Shown here piece after piece: positions 31,541 through 48,630 of a DNA stretch of 64,000 nucleotides. The notes beneath the pieces were generated by a model. That model was given only the letters and a program-made list of their open reading frames with translations. It made no database searches and had not been told where the DNA came from. The DNA comes from the human T2T-CHM13v2.0 reference genome, Homo sapiens: NCBI RefSeq assembly GCF_009914755.1, contig NC_060925.1. One strand, written 5' to 3'. Position 1 is the first letter of the stretch. The number at the start of each line of letters is the position of its first letter. Position numbers and translations under genes: made by a program.

Positions 31541-31860
31541 AGACCCAGCATGGTTGCTCATACCTGTAACCCTAGCACTTTGGAAGGACAAGGTGGGAGG
31601 ATCACCTGAGGCCAGGAGTTTGAGATTGGCCTGGGCAACACAGTGAGCAACCCCATCTCCAAAAAAAAAGAAACCACAAAACAACAACGAAAACACAAAA
31701 ACAAAGCAAAACAGTTTTTTTTGAAATTAGCTGTGTGGTGGTCCACACCTGAAGCCCCAGCTGCTCAGGCTGAGACGGGAGTTCAAGGCTGCTGTGAACT
31801 ATAATTGCACCACTGCACTCCAACTTGGGCTACAGGGCAAGATCATGTGTTGAATAAAAA
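31541..31860 (+). mobile_element. Alu (AluJo-like, diverged)
   Basis: Dimer with expanded A-rich linker. Confidence 0.85.
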
Positions 31861-31989
31861 CTTTTTTTAATTAAAAAATAACTAAGTAAATTCAGGTTCT
31901 ATTTTTGCAGTTTAGCAATAAAGGGCATAACTCACTCTCAAGACTGTGTATATAACGTAATGTCTGACATTATTCTCTTAGTGACTTTA

Positions 31990-33000
<1,011 letters not shown>

Positions 33001-33058
33001 CTAATCAGTGGTTATTTCAGAAGAAAAAGGATGCTTTCATTCCTCTGTAAAACTCTGA

Positions 33059-33368
<310 letters not shown>

Positions 33369-34265
33369 TGGACTGCTTTTCTACACAGGCTTATGAGAGC
33401 TTGGTCCCTGACCTGAGGGTTGGAAAAAGTTAGATTAAGTATTTTTCATCACTTAGTTTCATAGGTACTGATGTAGATGTTAAAACACTTTGGTCATGTT
33501 CCCATAGATTCCAGTTTCCAAACAGGAGGGCAAGCTCTTAACGTACTGATACCTCTTGAACCATTATGTCTAGTCACAACCTTTCAAAATATTTAAATTT
33601 ATGAACCAAAAAAAGATTTGGGTTCACAAGCGTCTTAATTTTAACACTGTTCTCAAATCTGCGAATGGAGCTATGAACCATGAAACTATATAGTCTTTTA
33701 ATCTATTATCTCTTCCTATTGCTATTCAATTTTATACAAAAAGATTTTTAAATCCTCAGAAGCAGGTCAATGAACATTATTAAAGAGTTTAAAAGGGATA
33801 GGGGAAAAAATTTCTAATCACTTCCTTGTAGAATATTTAAGATATGTACCAAGTAATAATCTAATATTTTAAGATAAAGTAAGGCCAATATCTCAAACAA
33901 TTATTATTTTTGTACTTCAAGTAGGGAGAGTGAGGTTAAAAACTCAATAGGTACAAAAGTGGTTTATACACATGTAAAAAATTATTTTATATCACAGTAG
34001 AGATATGCATATATAGACAATTTTTACGGTTATTCAGAAGTTCCTCGTTATTCCAAAGTCCTCATACTTAATATGTTTTTGTCCTTATTTATGTTACTTT
34101 CATTAGTTCTTTGATATCACTGGTAAAAGCAACTGAGCACATGCATTGCAGCTATTCTCTATTCTCCTTTTTGTTTGGTTCACCAGATTCAAATTATTTC
34201 ATTCTTGAAGTCTGAAATATTTCACAATTTGTTATTTGATATCTTAAAATTAAAGCTATGCTTTA

Positions 34266-34560
34266 GGCCCAGCATGGAGGCTCACGCCTGTAATCCCAGT
34301 GCTTTGGGAGGCCAAGGCAGAAGTATCGATTGCTTGAGACCAGAAGTTCAAGACCAGCTGGGGCAAGAGACCCCATCTCTACAAAAAAACTTAAGAATTA
34401 GCCAGGCATGGTAGTGCATGCCTATATAGTCCTAGCTACTCAGAAGGCTGAGGTGAGTGGATCACTTGAGCCTAAGGCTATATAGTAGCCTATGATCATG
34501 CCACTGCACTCTATCCTGGGCAACAGAGAGGCTGTGTCTAAAAAAGAAACCAACAAAAAC
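34266..34560 (+). mobile_element. Alu (AluJ-type)
   Basis: Diverged dimer; TSD-like taaagctatrcttta. Confidence 0.88.
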
Positions 34561-35102
34561 ATCAAGAACAAAATAAAGCTATACTTTAATTTTAGAGACC
34601 ATTAAAATAGTAGGTATATTTTTACTCAAAATACTCCTAATGTCGAAAGAGAAGCCTGAATTCTTACAAGTTAAATTATGGACATGGGTACACATGGTAA
34701 AAAAAACCCAAACCATAAGTTAATAGCTGTTGTTCTAGCCATTTTTAGAGCCTGTCTTCTACTAAAAAGCAGAACTTTCATTAAGAAAAAAGTATTACCA
34801 TGATCTTTATGTGCAGTAAATAATTTGGGACATAGTTAAATTGTCAGACACAGGAAACAAGTAACCAAACCTATAGATAACGAAAAACTGGCTTCCCAAC
34901 TTCAGTTCTCAAGGTATGGTTACTAAGTAAACATACAGAAATTTCTCATAATTTTCAATTTTCATAGTTCCAGCTTTACTCGTGAACAAATGCTAAATCA
35001 GACATGAACTGTTATATAGCTACAGGATAAGACTCTAAAAAAGAAAACTAAAATTTTGTAAAATGTTAGGCTGTTTCAGAATATAGGAAGTTTTCCTCTT
35101 AC

Positions 35103-35259
35103 CTACTACAAACATGGTCTATAAGCAGAGACACAGAATCTAGATTATTATCAAGTTTGGTATTGTGATATAGGCACCGATCCCTTTGTAGTTCCACCGC
35201 CTGCCGCAGGAGAGTCTGTAAACGCCGTGGGGGAAGCATCACTGATGGTGGTAAATAGG
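35103..35259 (-). CDS. WDR26: WDR26 exon 6
   Basis: attaaag|CC TAT TTA CCA...AGT AG|gtaaga; [32 protein letters not shown]...; 157 nt. Confidence 0.97.
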
Positions 35260-35688
35260 CTTTAATAGAAGATATTTTAAAAAAGAGAAATAATAATAAA
35301 CTGTAAACTTTTATTTAAGACATTTGCTCATCTTCTGCTGTACTTGTTCCTACCCCAATAGTATCTATTCCTTAAATAGAGAAGTTCTGCGTTATGCGAT
35401 ACGTGAGCTTTACGAATATTTGTCAGCAGCAATAGCTATGCTGCTCATAAAATTGGATATATTTGGTGGGAGGGGTTTACTTTATATGTGGATTTTCTAG
35501 GGGCAGGGAGGATAAGTGAGGAATAACAACAACAAAATGAAGAAAAAGAAGACAACAATGAAAAGAATATTAGATATTATTGTGTACCAGGAGACCAGGT
35601 GTAAGTAAAATCTCCACTTAACAAATAGCAAAATTTTGGCAAATGTTGCAATAGGTTAAGTTCTAGTTCCCATCAAACTGCTCTAAAA

Positions 35689-35720
35689 ATCGCCTCTTGG
35701 CCTTTTGGCTAAGATCAAGT
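35689..35720 (+). pseudogene. 3'-truncated U2 snRNA retro-fragment (U2 nt 1-32)
   Basis: ATCGCCTCTTGGCCTTTTGGCTAAGATCAAGT matches the U2 5' end at 30/32; flanked by direct repeats caaactgctctaaa / caaattgctccaaa. Confidence 0.9.
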
Positions 35721-36322
35721 ACAAATTGCTCCAAATGCCAAAGATACTGTGTGAATTCAGGGAGTAACTGGTGTTTTGATATCCATACCAACCTACTGCA
35801 ATCCTTGAATCCCTTATACCTCCCCAACTGCACGGCTTTGTGATTCTTAGGATCGTCACTGTCATTTCAACATCAAAATTATAGAATCATATAATTTTCA
35901 GAGAGAACATCTTTTACATAAAAATACAGCAAAAATGAAACCTGCATTACAATCTAGAATAAACATAACATGGTTGGGGAAGAATAAAACAATTTACCTA
36001 AAGAAACCTGGACCTTACTATTGAAATCAACAAAATCTTTAAAGCACTTGTGACTTAAAACTGTGGTTTACATATTTTTTTCTCTTAACACAGTACTTTT
36101 CCCCCAAACAAAATCTTAAGGGGGAACATCATCACATAATACAAATGAAAGAAGGGCTGCTCTGGAACCAGTGCCCTTTCACTGACTCCTGAGGTTAGCT
36201 TCTTAGACTCCATGACAGAGTCTGAAAAACTGGATTCTCCCTCTTCTAAGCACTCAATAAAAGTATGTCCAGATATTCCCCATCTGTCTTCCTAATTGAT
36301 CACTGTATCCATTTGTAATCTA

Positions 36323-36550
<228 letters not shown>

Positions 36551-36709
36551 TTACTAATACATGTCAAGAAATTTCTACAGTGGACTCAATTCATTAATAT
36601 AATATGGCACCTGCATATAATTACTAAAATGTAAAGTAACAATACCTATATATATATTACCTATTAACAGAACAAATTCTTATGTTATTGTTATATATTA
36701 TATATATGG

Positions 36710-36915
36710 CTCTTATTGTGCAGGTTCTGTTATAGCACTCAACACATATTACTTCCTTTAATGTTTATAACAACCCTGTAAGCACTATTATTATTCTATT
36801 TTTATAAATGAGGAAACCAAGGCACAGAAAGCTTAAGTAACTGGCCTAGGGTTAAGAGGCTAAGTAGGTATATAAACTCAGGCATTCCAGCTGTAGAACT
36901 TGCTCTTAACCACTA
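36710..36915 (-). mobile_element. MIR
   Basis: acaaccctg...aatgaggaaaccaaggcacagaaag...aagtaactggcc. Confidence 0.75.
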
Positions 36916-37612
36916 GGCTAACTTAACTACTTCTGAATAGTAAAATAAAACTCAAAGAACATATCTTCAAGACTTTATAATAAACATCATTCAAAAAATA
37001 GTATAACTGGATAATCATCCTTGTGTCATCTTGTGAAAGATACTGAGATCCCAGAGCACAAAACTGGGGAACTGTTTTATTGCTCACTGTATGTACAGAA
37101 GGTGGGATAAATGCTAAAGTTCACAGATTCTGGAGAATACATGAGGGGCCCCTGCTGGGAGTGTGACCCTGACCTGGTTTTGGTTCTTCTCAGAAGAATG
37201 GGCTTTGAAAGTAAAAGAAGTGAAGGTATTATTCAAACATGGAGATTAGACCTGGCAAGTAACTCTCCTGCTATTCTGTCTCATGCTCTGCCAGACAAAT
37301 CTGTTTCTCTCACTTGTAAAAAGAATATTAAATAGGGTAATGAGGATTCTTGAAGATGAAGCATTTTAAGTACTTAGTCTACGACCTGCTATACCTCTCA
37401 GTTAACATGAGTATCATCACTCCCTCCCTTTCTTAACTGCATAAAGCATATTTCATTTAGAATCTAAATGATTTAATAGTCTCTTCCCAAACAGCAGAAC
37501 TACTTTTCCTCTTGATTTTTAGTACATAAATAGTGCTTTAACTGATCAAAAAAACTTATTTAATAATGTAAGTAATTATACTCAAAAACGCTATAGGAAG
37601 TTAGCTATTGTG

Positions 37613-37746
37613 TTTTTTTGTATTTTTAGTAGAGACAGGGTTTCACCATGTTAGCCAGGATGGTCTTGATCTCCTGACCTCGTGATCCGCCCGCCTCGGC
37701 CTCCCAAAGTGCTGAGATTACAGGCGTGTGCCACCGTGCCCAGCCA
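37613..37746 (-). mobile_element. isolated AluY-type left monomer with TSD
   Basis: Ends at the A5TACA7 linker; TSD gaagttagctattgtg / gaagttggccattgtg. Confidence 0.88.
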
Positions 37747-38167
37747 GAAGTTGGCCATTGTGAATATTTTGTTTCTAAAACAACTTTTTTTGGGCAAAGT
37801 TTATTATCAATAATTATATTTTAAAATGTTCATTTTTAAAATTTTACAAAAGTGACTTAGAATTGCTTCTATGTCCTTGTGAAAATACATATTAAATCTT
37901 AAAGTTTTAAATGAATTTCTGTTTACAGAAAGTCACATGGTACAACTAAAAGGACATTGGACTGAGAAGGAGAAACCCTGGGTTCTGATCCCAGTTCCAC
38001 ATCTCACCACCTTTGGGCCATTTCCTTAGGTGAAAAACTCATGGTGTGCTTCAGAATAAAACCCATATGACTAATTATATGTTCTGACACAAGAGCAGGA
38101 AAAAAATCATCATGTGAATGATATTCCGATGACAAAGAAATCAGATACCGCATTAAAAAGGTAATCA

Positions 38168-38628
<461 letters not shown>

Positions 38629-38829
38629 CCTGTAGAATTTATTGTTTCAAGATGTGGTAGTGGGTAAGACCAATGACTTTGGAATCAGTCAAACCAGGCT
38701 TTGAGTCCTGCTTTCTGAATTATTAGCTTTATATTGTGCTGGCTACTTAACTTCTTTGAGGCTCAGTTTCCTTATCTGCAAGGAATGGGCCCTTATCTTG
38801 GGCCCATTCTTTTGTCCATCATTTTGTAT

Positions 38830-39820
<991 letters not shown>

Positions 39821-39829
39821 CTGTAGAGG

Positions 39830-40305
39830 TTAAATTTATTCCTAAATTATTCTTTTTTATACTAGTGTAAATAAAACTGTTTTCTTAATTCCATTTTCTG
39901 AATTATTCATTGCTAGATTATAGAAATACCATTATTCTTGTGTATTGACCTTGTATCCTACAACCTTGCTGAACTTGCCTATTAGTTCTAAGAGTTTTTT
40001 AGTGGATTCCTTAAATTTTCTTTATATAAAATCATGACATCTTTGAACAGAGATAGTTTTTCCTTTTCAATCTTTTATTCCTTTTTCTTGCCTAATTTCC
40101 TTGGCTAGAACCTCCAATACAATGTTGAACAGACGTAGCAAGAGTAGACATCATTGTCCTATTCTTGATCACAAGAAGAGAGGTTTCAGTCTTTCACTGC
40201 CAGCCCTGTGAGTTTTCATTAATGCCCTTTATTCGGTCAAGGAAGTTCCTTTCTATTCCTAGTTTGTTGAGTGCATTTATCATGAAGGGGTGAATCCAGA
40301 ATTTT
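39830..40305 (-). mobile_element. old L1 ORF2-region fragment
   Basis: ttgaccttgtatcc...aaccttgctgaact...ggctagaacctccaatacaatgttgaa...aggaagttcctttctattcctagtttg. Confidence 0.85.
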
Positions 40306-40312
40306 GTTTTGA

Positions 40313-40571
40313 GGCTGGGTGCAGTGGCTCATGCCTATTAACCCAGCACCTTGGGAGGCCGAAGCAGGTGGATTGCTTAAGGTTAGGAGGAGTTCAAGGC
40401 CAGCCTGGGCAACATAGCGAGACCTGTCTCTACAAAAAATGAAAAAATTAGCCACATGTGGTGGTACATGCCTGAAATCCTACCTACTTAGGAGGGTGAG
40501 GCAGGAGGATGGCTTGAGCCCAGAAACTAGAGGTGGCAGTGATCTATGATTGTGCCACTGCACACCAGCCT
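40313..40571 (+). mobile_element. AluJ, 3'-truncated at a junction with L2
   Basis: Dimer ending at cacaccagcct. Confidence 0.85.
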
Positions 40572-41365
40572 CATACAACTGAGACATCTATTAAACATCC
40601 AAGTGGAGAATGTCAGGTATGCCAGTAGATATACATATTGGGAGTTCAGATGAGAAGCTAAATTTAAGAGCCACTGGTATACAGATAGTATGTGAAGGCA
40701 TGGTATAGAATGAGATTACCTAAAAAGAGTATGTAGATAGAGAATAAAGAGGCCCAGGATCAAACCTTTGGGTACTCTAACATTTTAAGGATTAATGTGG
40801 CGAGGTACAGTGACTCATGCCTGTAATCCCTGCACTCTGGGAAGATCACAGGAGTTTGAGATCACACTGGACAACACTGTAAGACCCTGTCTCTACCCTT
40901 CACCCCCCAAAAAAGGACTGATGTTGATGTGAGGATTAAATGAGGCTGTTTATGTGAAAAGCTTAGCAAGGGCCTGGCACATGACAAGTATTCACTTAAA
41001 AAAGTTAGTGTGCACCAATACTGGAAATGTCATTGTTTACTGTGATCCATATCATATGATTTTTATTTTGTTTTTAACTACAAAAGCTGTCCTTGGAATG
41101 TAATAGGGTTTTCATAGAACATTCTAAAATAGCATTTCACAGGCAATACATATTTTCTTCTCCCTTTCACCCACTTAAATATATCTCTATCCTAATCTGA
41201 ACAGTTTCCTAGAATGACCAAAATAGTTGATCCACACAGGAGTGAGTTTACCTAGACAAATATCTAAGAATTTAGCAATAATCAAGATTTTATATTTTGG
41301 AAAAATGTTAAAGAAATATAACTTTGGCCCTCCATTAACCTGAGTTCAAGAACTCAGTTTCCTTA

Positions 41366-41551
<186 letters not shown>

Positions 41552-42708
41552 TCAGAAAATGTTTGTGCCTAAACAGAACAGTAGAAACCATTCTACTATG
41601 CCCTTTGAAATAACTTTTTATAAAGCTTCAAGATGACTCAAAATATTTTAGTTTAGTAGAGCCACAGTAGATTAAATGTGACTTTGCTCAATTCCACATC
41701 TTACTAAAACTCTGCTTTGAACAAATAATCTCAAATCAGACTAGATCATTAGTGACTGAGGCATCAGCCTTGGAAAAAATGAATTCTCCTCTCAAAGCAA
41801 TCTCCTACAATTGTAGTTCTTGTATAAAAATTTAGAACTATTCCAAGTACTTGAAATTTGCTTTTTAAGAAGTATGACTTTATAACTAGGGCACTGGGGG
41901 GTTTTATGCAACAAGTTTTGAAAAGATTAGAGAAAAAAATAGCAAATGAACTATTTAAGTCACAATGTGAAAGAGGGAATAAGTAGACCAGAAATCAGAA
42001 CTAGACACACTCAGGAGAAGGAGAAAAGTATATTTTGGCTTATCAAAAGTTAAGAGCTGTCCAACAAATGTACTACAAGTTGGTGTGCAAAGTATTGAAT
42101 TTCCTACAACTAACGTGGACAAGCATAAGCTTGATGCACTCACTCTCTTCTAGGCGGCTATTAAGGGATGTCTACGTTAGATGGTTGAACTTAAAGGTTT
42201 TTAAAAAGATTCAATATTTGTACTTGTGTATTTCTGACAATCTGATCACTGATGCATTTAAAAGTGAAGCACAGGAAATTATTATTCGCTCTTTTCTCCC
42301 CTAAACCAATAAACCACTTTCCAGCTGTGAGACACTTTCACATTTAGTTTTTTCCTGAACTGTGTTTTTGACTTTAATACTTTTAAATGCTACTTTATTA
42401 TTTTACTTTTAACTTGAAACCACGTGGTCACAATCTTAGCAGTTTTTTACAAGAGAAAAGGGATATTTATAAACATCATTTTGAAACTTCTTTTAAACCT
42501 TAAACCTAATTAAGGACCACAGGTTGGAGGGACCTTTTCATCATAGTTGCTACTTGTGGAGCTTGAGCAAGCCAATTAATGTAAACAGAGACATCAGTAG
42601 GTAGGAAATGTTAGTCATATTTAGAGACTCCAAGGAATACAGCGGTAAAGATCTCAAGTCCACTTAAAATTAAAACTTAAAGTACAATTTTTCTTCTTCG
42701 TAAGATGC

Positions 42709-43028
<320 letters not shown>

Positions 43029-43663
43029 TAAAAAAATACACTGCTGTCACGAAATGCTGTGGAGAAATTACCATTTATTTGCAGAATTAACAGTATAATA
43101 AACTGCTCTACAAGATTTTCTATCAAGGAGTATTTAGAAGAGAGATATAAACTGTAAGCTTATAAAAGTGGTTTCTAGAGAAAGTAAGCAATAATAAACC
43201 CTCTCATATAAGTTAGGCATGTATTTAAATTTATAAGATACATTTCTTTTGCTTGATACAAATCTCATCTTAAATATACGGCTAAGGAACAGAAAAAAAT
43301 TCAAACTGAGACACTCCTGTAACTCTGGGAAAATTACACTTATCAAATTTTACATATAAATTTAGAATGACTAATGAATGTTTCAGAAATACATTAATTA
43401 CCAAGATGCTCTGAAAAGTACATTACTGTACATACAGCCTGAAGTTAACCTTTCTATGTTAAATGAAAAAACTTTGTCATTCATCAGGTCACAGAAACCA
43501 AAAACTAAACAATGCAAAAAAAAAAAAAATCTAAAAATAAAAGAATTTTATATTTGAAGTTATTCTGGATATTCGCACCATTTTAGCTTCTGAAAAAAAT
43601 GCAACTATGAAATGAAGACCTCATATATTTTCATTTATCAATATAATGTTAAAAGTTTCATTC

Positions 43664-44001
<338 letters not shown>

Positions 44002-45339
44002 TTAAATTCAAACTTGAAAATCTTATTCAGTTGCAGAACTTTTTCATTTAAATGTCACATGGAACTGGCCAGAGCATGAGATGTAATTTCTTCACTAAAT
44101 TTTCTTAGTAATTGGGAATTGAGGGGCTTAAAAAAAAATTTCAGGGCAAGTTTTTTATTTACTTAATATTTATTTTTTTTGGTATCAATCATTAGGCTCC
44201 TATGCCCACCCCTCCCCCATTCCAATGTGTGCAGGGACAGTGCCCAAAGCGCTATTTCTCCCTTATTTTCCCACCAAGATCTTGATACAACATGTTACTC
44301 TTTTTCTATGGGGCAGAGGTGGGGCAGGAGAGCAGAGAAAGGCTGACTAAAACTCTGAGAGAAGCCAATATAAACACATATTTCTGTATATACAGGGAAT
44401 GCTATAAAAGTAGCACAAGAGCATTTCTCTATGAGTCATTTTATCCAGATCAAGACCAAGAATATTCTCAAACAGATATCAAATCCTGGTATTGTGCATG
44501 GCAACTAACATGCTGCTGGCCAAGCACAGCTAGAGATCTGTTTGAAAGAAAATGTTTATTCTCCAAAAAATCAGTTGAAGTATTTGACACATACGATAAG
44601 GGTGGGGAGTAAAACTGTATTTTACCTCCCAAAATTTAAAGCACAAAAATGTAAATATAACCTCAAGAAAGCAAAGACCCTTTAATTAACAAATAATGTT
44701 AAATATTTACTGAAAACATTGTAAAAATCAGACAAAATTAAAGCTTGCTGAGATGGGGACAGGGCTCTACTAATGTTTATATTTTTTAAAAAATCTTGAA
44801 GAAATAAAGACAAAAAAAGATTAGGAAAATAAACTCTCCTTTATGTCTTTCCCCAACTCCCAACTAGATCTCTTAAGAGATTATTTCTGGTCTCTAATGA
44901 TTTTTTACCATCTCTGGGCCCAGCAAGATCTCCTTCTCCATTTTAATATCTAATAAATTTGAAATTGTTAAGTGACTAGGATAGCTTGAATGATAGTTTC
45001 ACGTCGTAAATTCTGCTGTTGCTCCCCTAGTCCACCCAATACTGAATTGCTTTATTCCTTCCTTTGCTCCCATATTATTAAACTGAACTCAACATGAAAG
45101 AAAAACCCAGAAATTACGATACTTAGAAAGTCTGGTTCTCAAGGGCGGCCTCCTAGCTAATTCAGTAATGGTTCTAACTCTGGAGTAAGGTCATAACCAA
45201 ATCTTATCAATTAAATCATGATTTCTCAGAGAAAAGGGGAAATAAATTATATCTAAACTTGGCACTCAAAACTCCTATTTGACTTTAAAATATACTAGTT
45301 AATTATAGATGCCAATTTTTCTTAAGCATATTTCCATTA

Positions 45340-46150
<811 letters not shown>

Positions 46151-48283
46151 AAGGGAGTAGGCTGTAGAGAGAGTGGATTGGGTCAATGAAAACATTCAGG
46201 CTTAAAAAATAAAGTACAATTTTAGTCTAGACTAAGCCATCAAATGTGTCTGGGTATACAATTAAAATAATTACGTTTAAAGAAACCCTAATAGTTGTCT
46301 TCTAAGATATTATTACAAATTTAAGCTTATATTAGATTCTCTTCTTCTGGAGATGGGATGGATGAGAAAAGTAAATTTAAACACAATTAGAGAGGTGAAG
46401 AGCAACTTCAAAAAATGCTGAAATTAATCTTTAAAAGCAATTGATTCATCAATGCTTAAAGTGAGATAAAAGTTGGAACCCTTTTCTTTTTATAAATACC
46501 TAAACAGTTTGATGGCATGAGGCTCAGCCAGAGATTTAATCTTCATCTTTTATTAGATCCTAGAATGTTCTACAGACTGAACAGGCTGTAAAAAGAAAGG
46601 ATTCCTCCTTATTATCTATAACTACCTTTCTTCAGTTTACATGCTGCCTCTAATGAAGGTTTCTAATGAGATAGTCATAATCGAAATCCAATACAGAACT
46701 CTCAAATTACTATAAACAAATAAGAAAAAAATAGGAAGTAAGCCTATTAAATTTTTTACTACTAAATTACAGATATAATTTGGGCGAAGCTTAAACAACC
46801 TCCAAGAAATCACACACATTTTAAACCAGTCCACAGGCAAGTTCTTTATTGTCAACACACAAGTAGTGCTAACTTGCCCAATGGGAAAGCAACCTTAATT
46901 CTTCTTTTGGCCATCTAACTGTTTTTATTTTAGCTCATTCAGTCAGAAGCAAAAATTTATGCAGAACTGCTCAATAAAATGTACTTGGGTATTTTTTTTT
47001 TAAACCCCAAACACACCAACTGAGGAAACTTTAGTTAACGAAAAATTTCCAATCCCTTTGAATATAGATGTTTAACTATTTTAACTTCTGTTTTTATTTT
47101 TCAATTTTACTACAGAATTATTTTATAAGTTAACTTATTACCAATCATCTTAGTCAACAGTAGTTTAAAATTTTTAATATTTTAAGTATTTAATGAAAGA
47201 ATAAAAATAATACACTACATCATCAATTTAAATGAATTTGCATTTATTCTTGCTTGTTTGCACCTTTAATTCACCTGAAGCCCATTTCTCTAGGATTATA
47301 TTATTGTGTAGAATTATACTGAGTTTGAAAACTCTTTTGTAATAAGATTTCAAAAGAAAAAAACACAAGGCCTTATTTTTATAGAAAAAGGCAGAAAAGA
47401 TTAATGTTTGACTCAATTTTAAAAAAATCAAAATGTAATAGTCATTTACTAATATTTAACAAACAGCTGGTTTCTCTACTTCACTTCCTATTTGCCTTCT
47501 TTCTCTCCCCACCCCCAGACAGGAAACTGCTTTTGACAACAAATGAATCAGCTAGAAGTTAAAAAGCCAGCAGCTAGCAGCTGATTCTTCATGGTTTCCA
47601 AACTCCAGCATTTAGAAAAAACTTATTTCCTCTCTCCCTCACCACCATCTACTGAAGAATTAAAGCCCATAAGTCTAAAAGATTCATTAAGAATTATGAA
47701 AGCGGCTAACAGGTTAAACTACTAAATTGATCTTGTCAGGGAAATAAGGCCAGTAAGCAGGGCCAAATGGTCAAATCTGCACACAAACCCTCCACCAGAG
47801 TGATACGTTATTATACAAACTTTGACACTGTCAATTCACACAACTGGAATGCAAGAATGGAAAATGGCCAGCACACAAATGGAGTTGGCTTGAATTAACT
47901 GTAATTCCCAAAGATTAAAAAAAAAGATAATGTATCAGCTTCTTAAGGCTGTATGGATATACACACACCCAAACACATTTTCTCTTTAACCAGCACATTC
48001 AGTATTTTAAGTAACATAATAAAAGTATAATTTATCTTTAACTCTATAAATATAAAACCTCTATTAGTAGCACTGAAAGCATGAAGAGCTTTCAATATAT
48101 TTTTTGTAGAGCTTAATTTATAAAGTTCAAATGACACATTTACTAAGTATGATTTTAAAGATATAAAACTCATACTTTAAAACATTATACTCATCCTAGT
48201 TTACAAATTATATGAAATTTAACTACTTTTAGGCCTTATTTTTTTATAAGAGGCAGAAGCCTAGAGTTATCAATAACCTACTA

Positions 48284-48478
<195 letters not shown>

Positions 48479-48530
48479 TCAAATCTGTAATTTTAGCAGC
48501 AGTCACACAGCTCTATATGCCCTACTTTAC

Positions 48531-48630
48531 CTTATCCCAGTCTCCTTCCATGACATGATTTCGGAATTTGGTAGCAGAAGGATGTTCTAAACGACATCCT
48601 GACTCTTGCATGAGGAGATCAACAGTCTGG
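48531..48630 (-). CDS. WDR26: WDR26 exon 2 (LisH/CTLH)
   Basis: tttcctgcag|C CAG ACT GTT...TGG GAT AAG|gtaaag; [33 protein letters not shown]; 100 nt. Confidence 0.97.

Noticed and set aside
38783-38809. 10-bp inverted repeat gaatgggccc / gggcccattc
   Set aside because: Short, at a MIR/L2 junction, no supporting context
41340-41357. ctgagttc-aa-gaactcag palindrome after the exon 4 donor
   Set aside because: 8-bp arms are expected by chance and do not cover the donor
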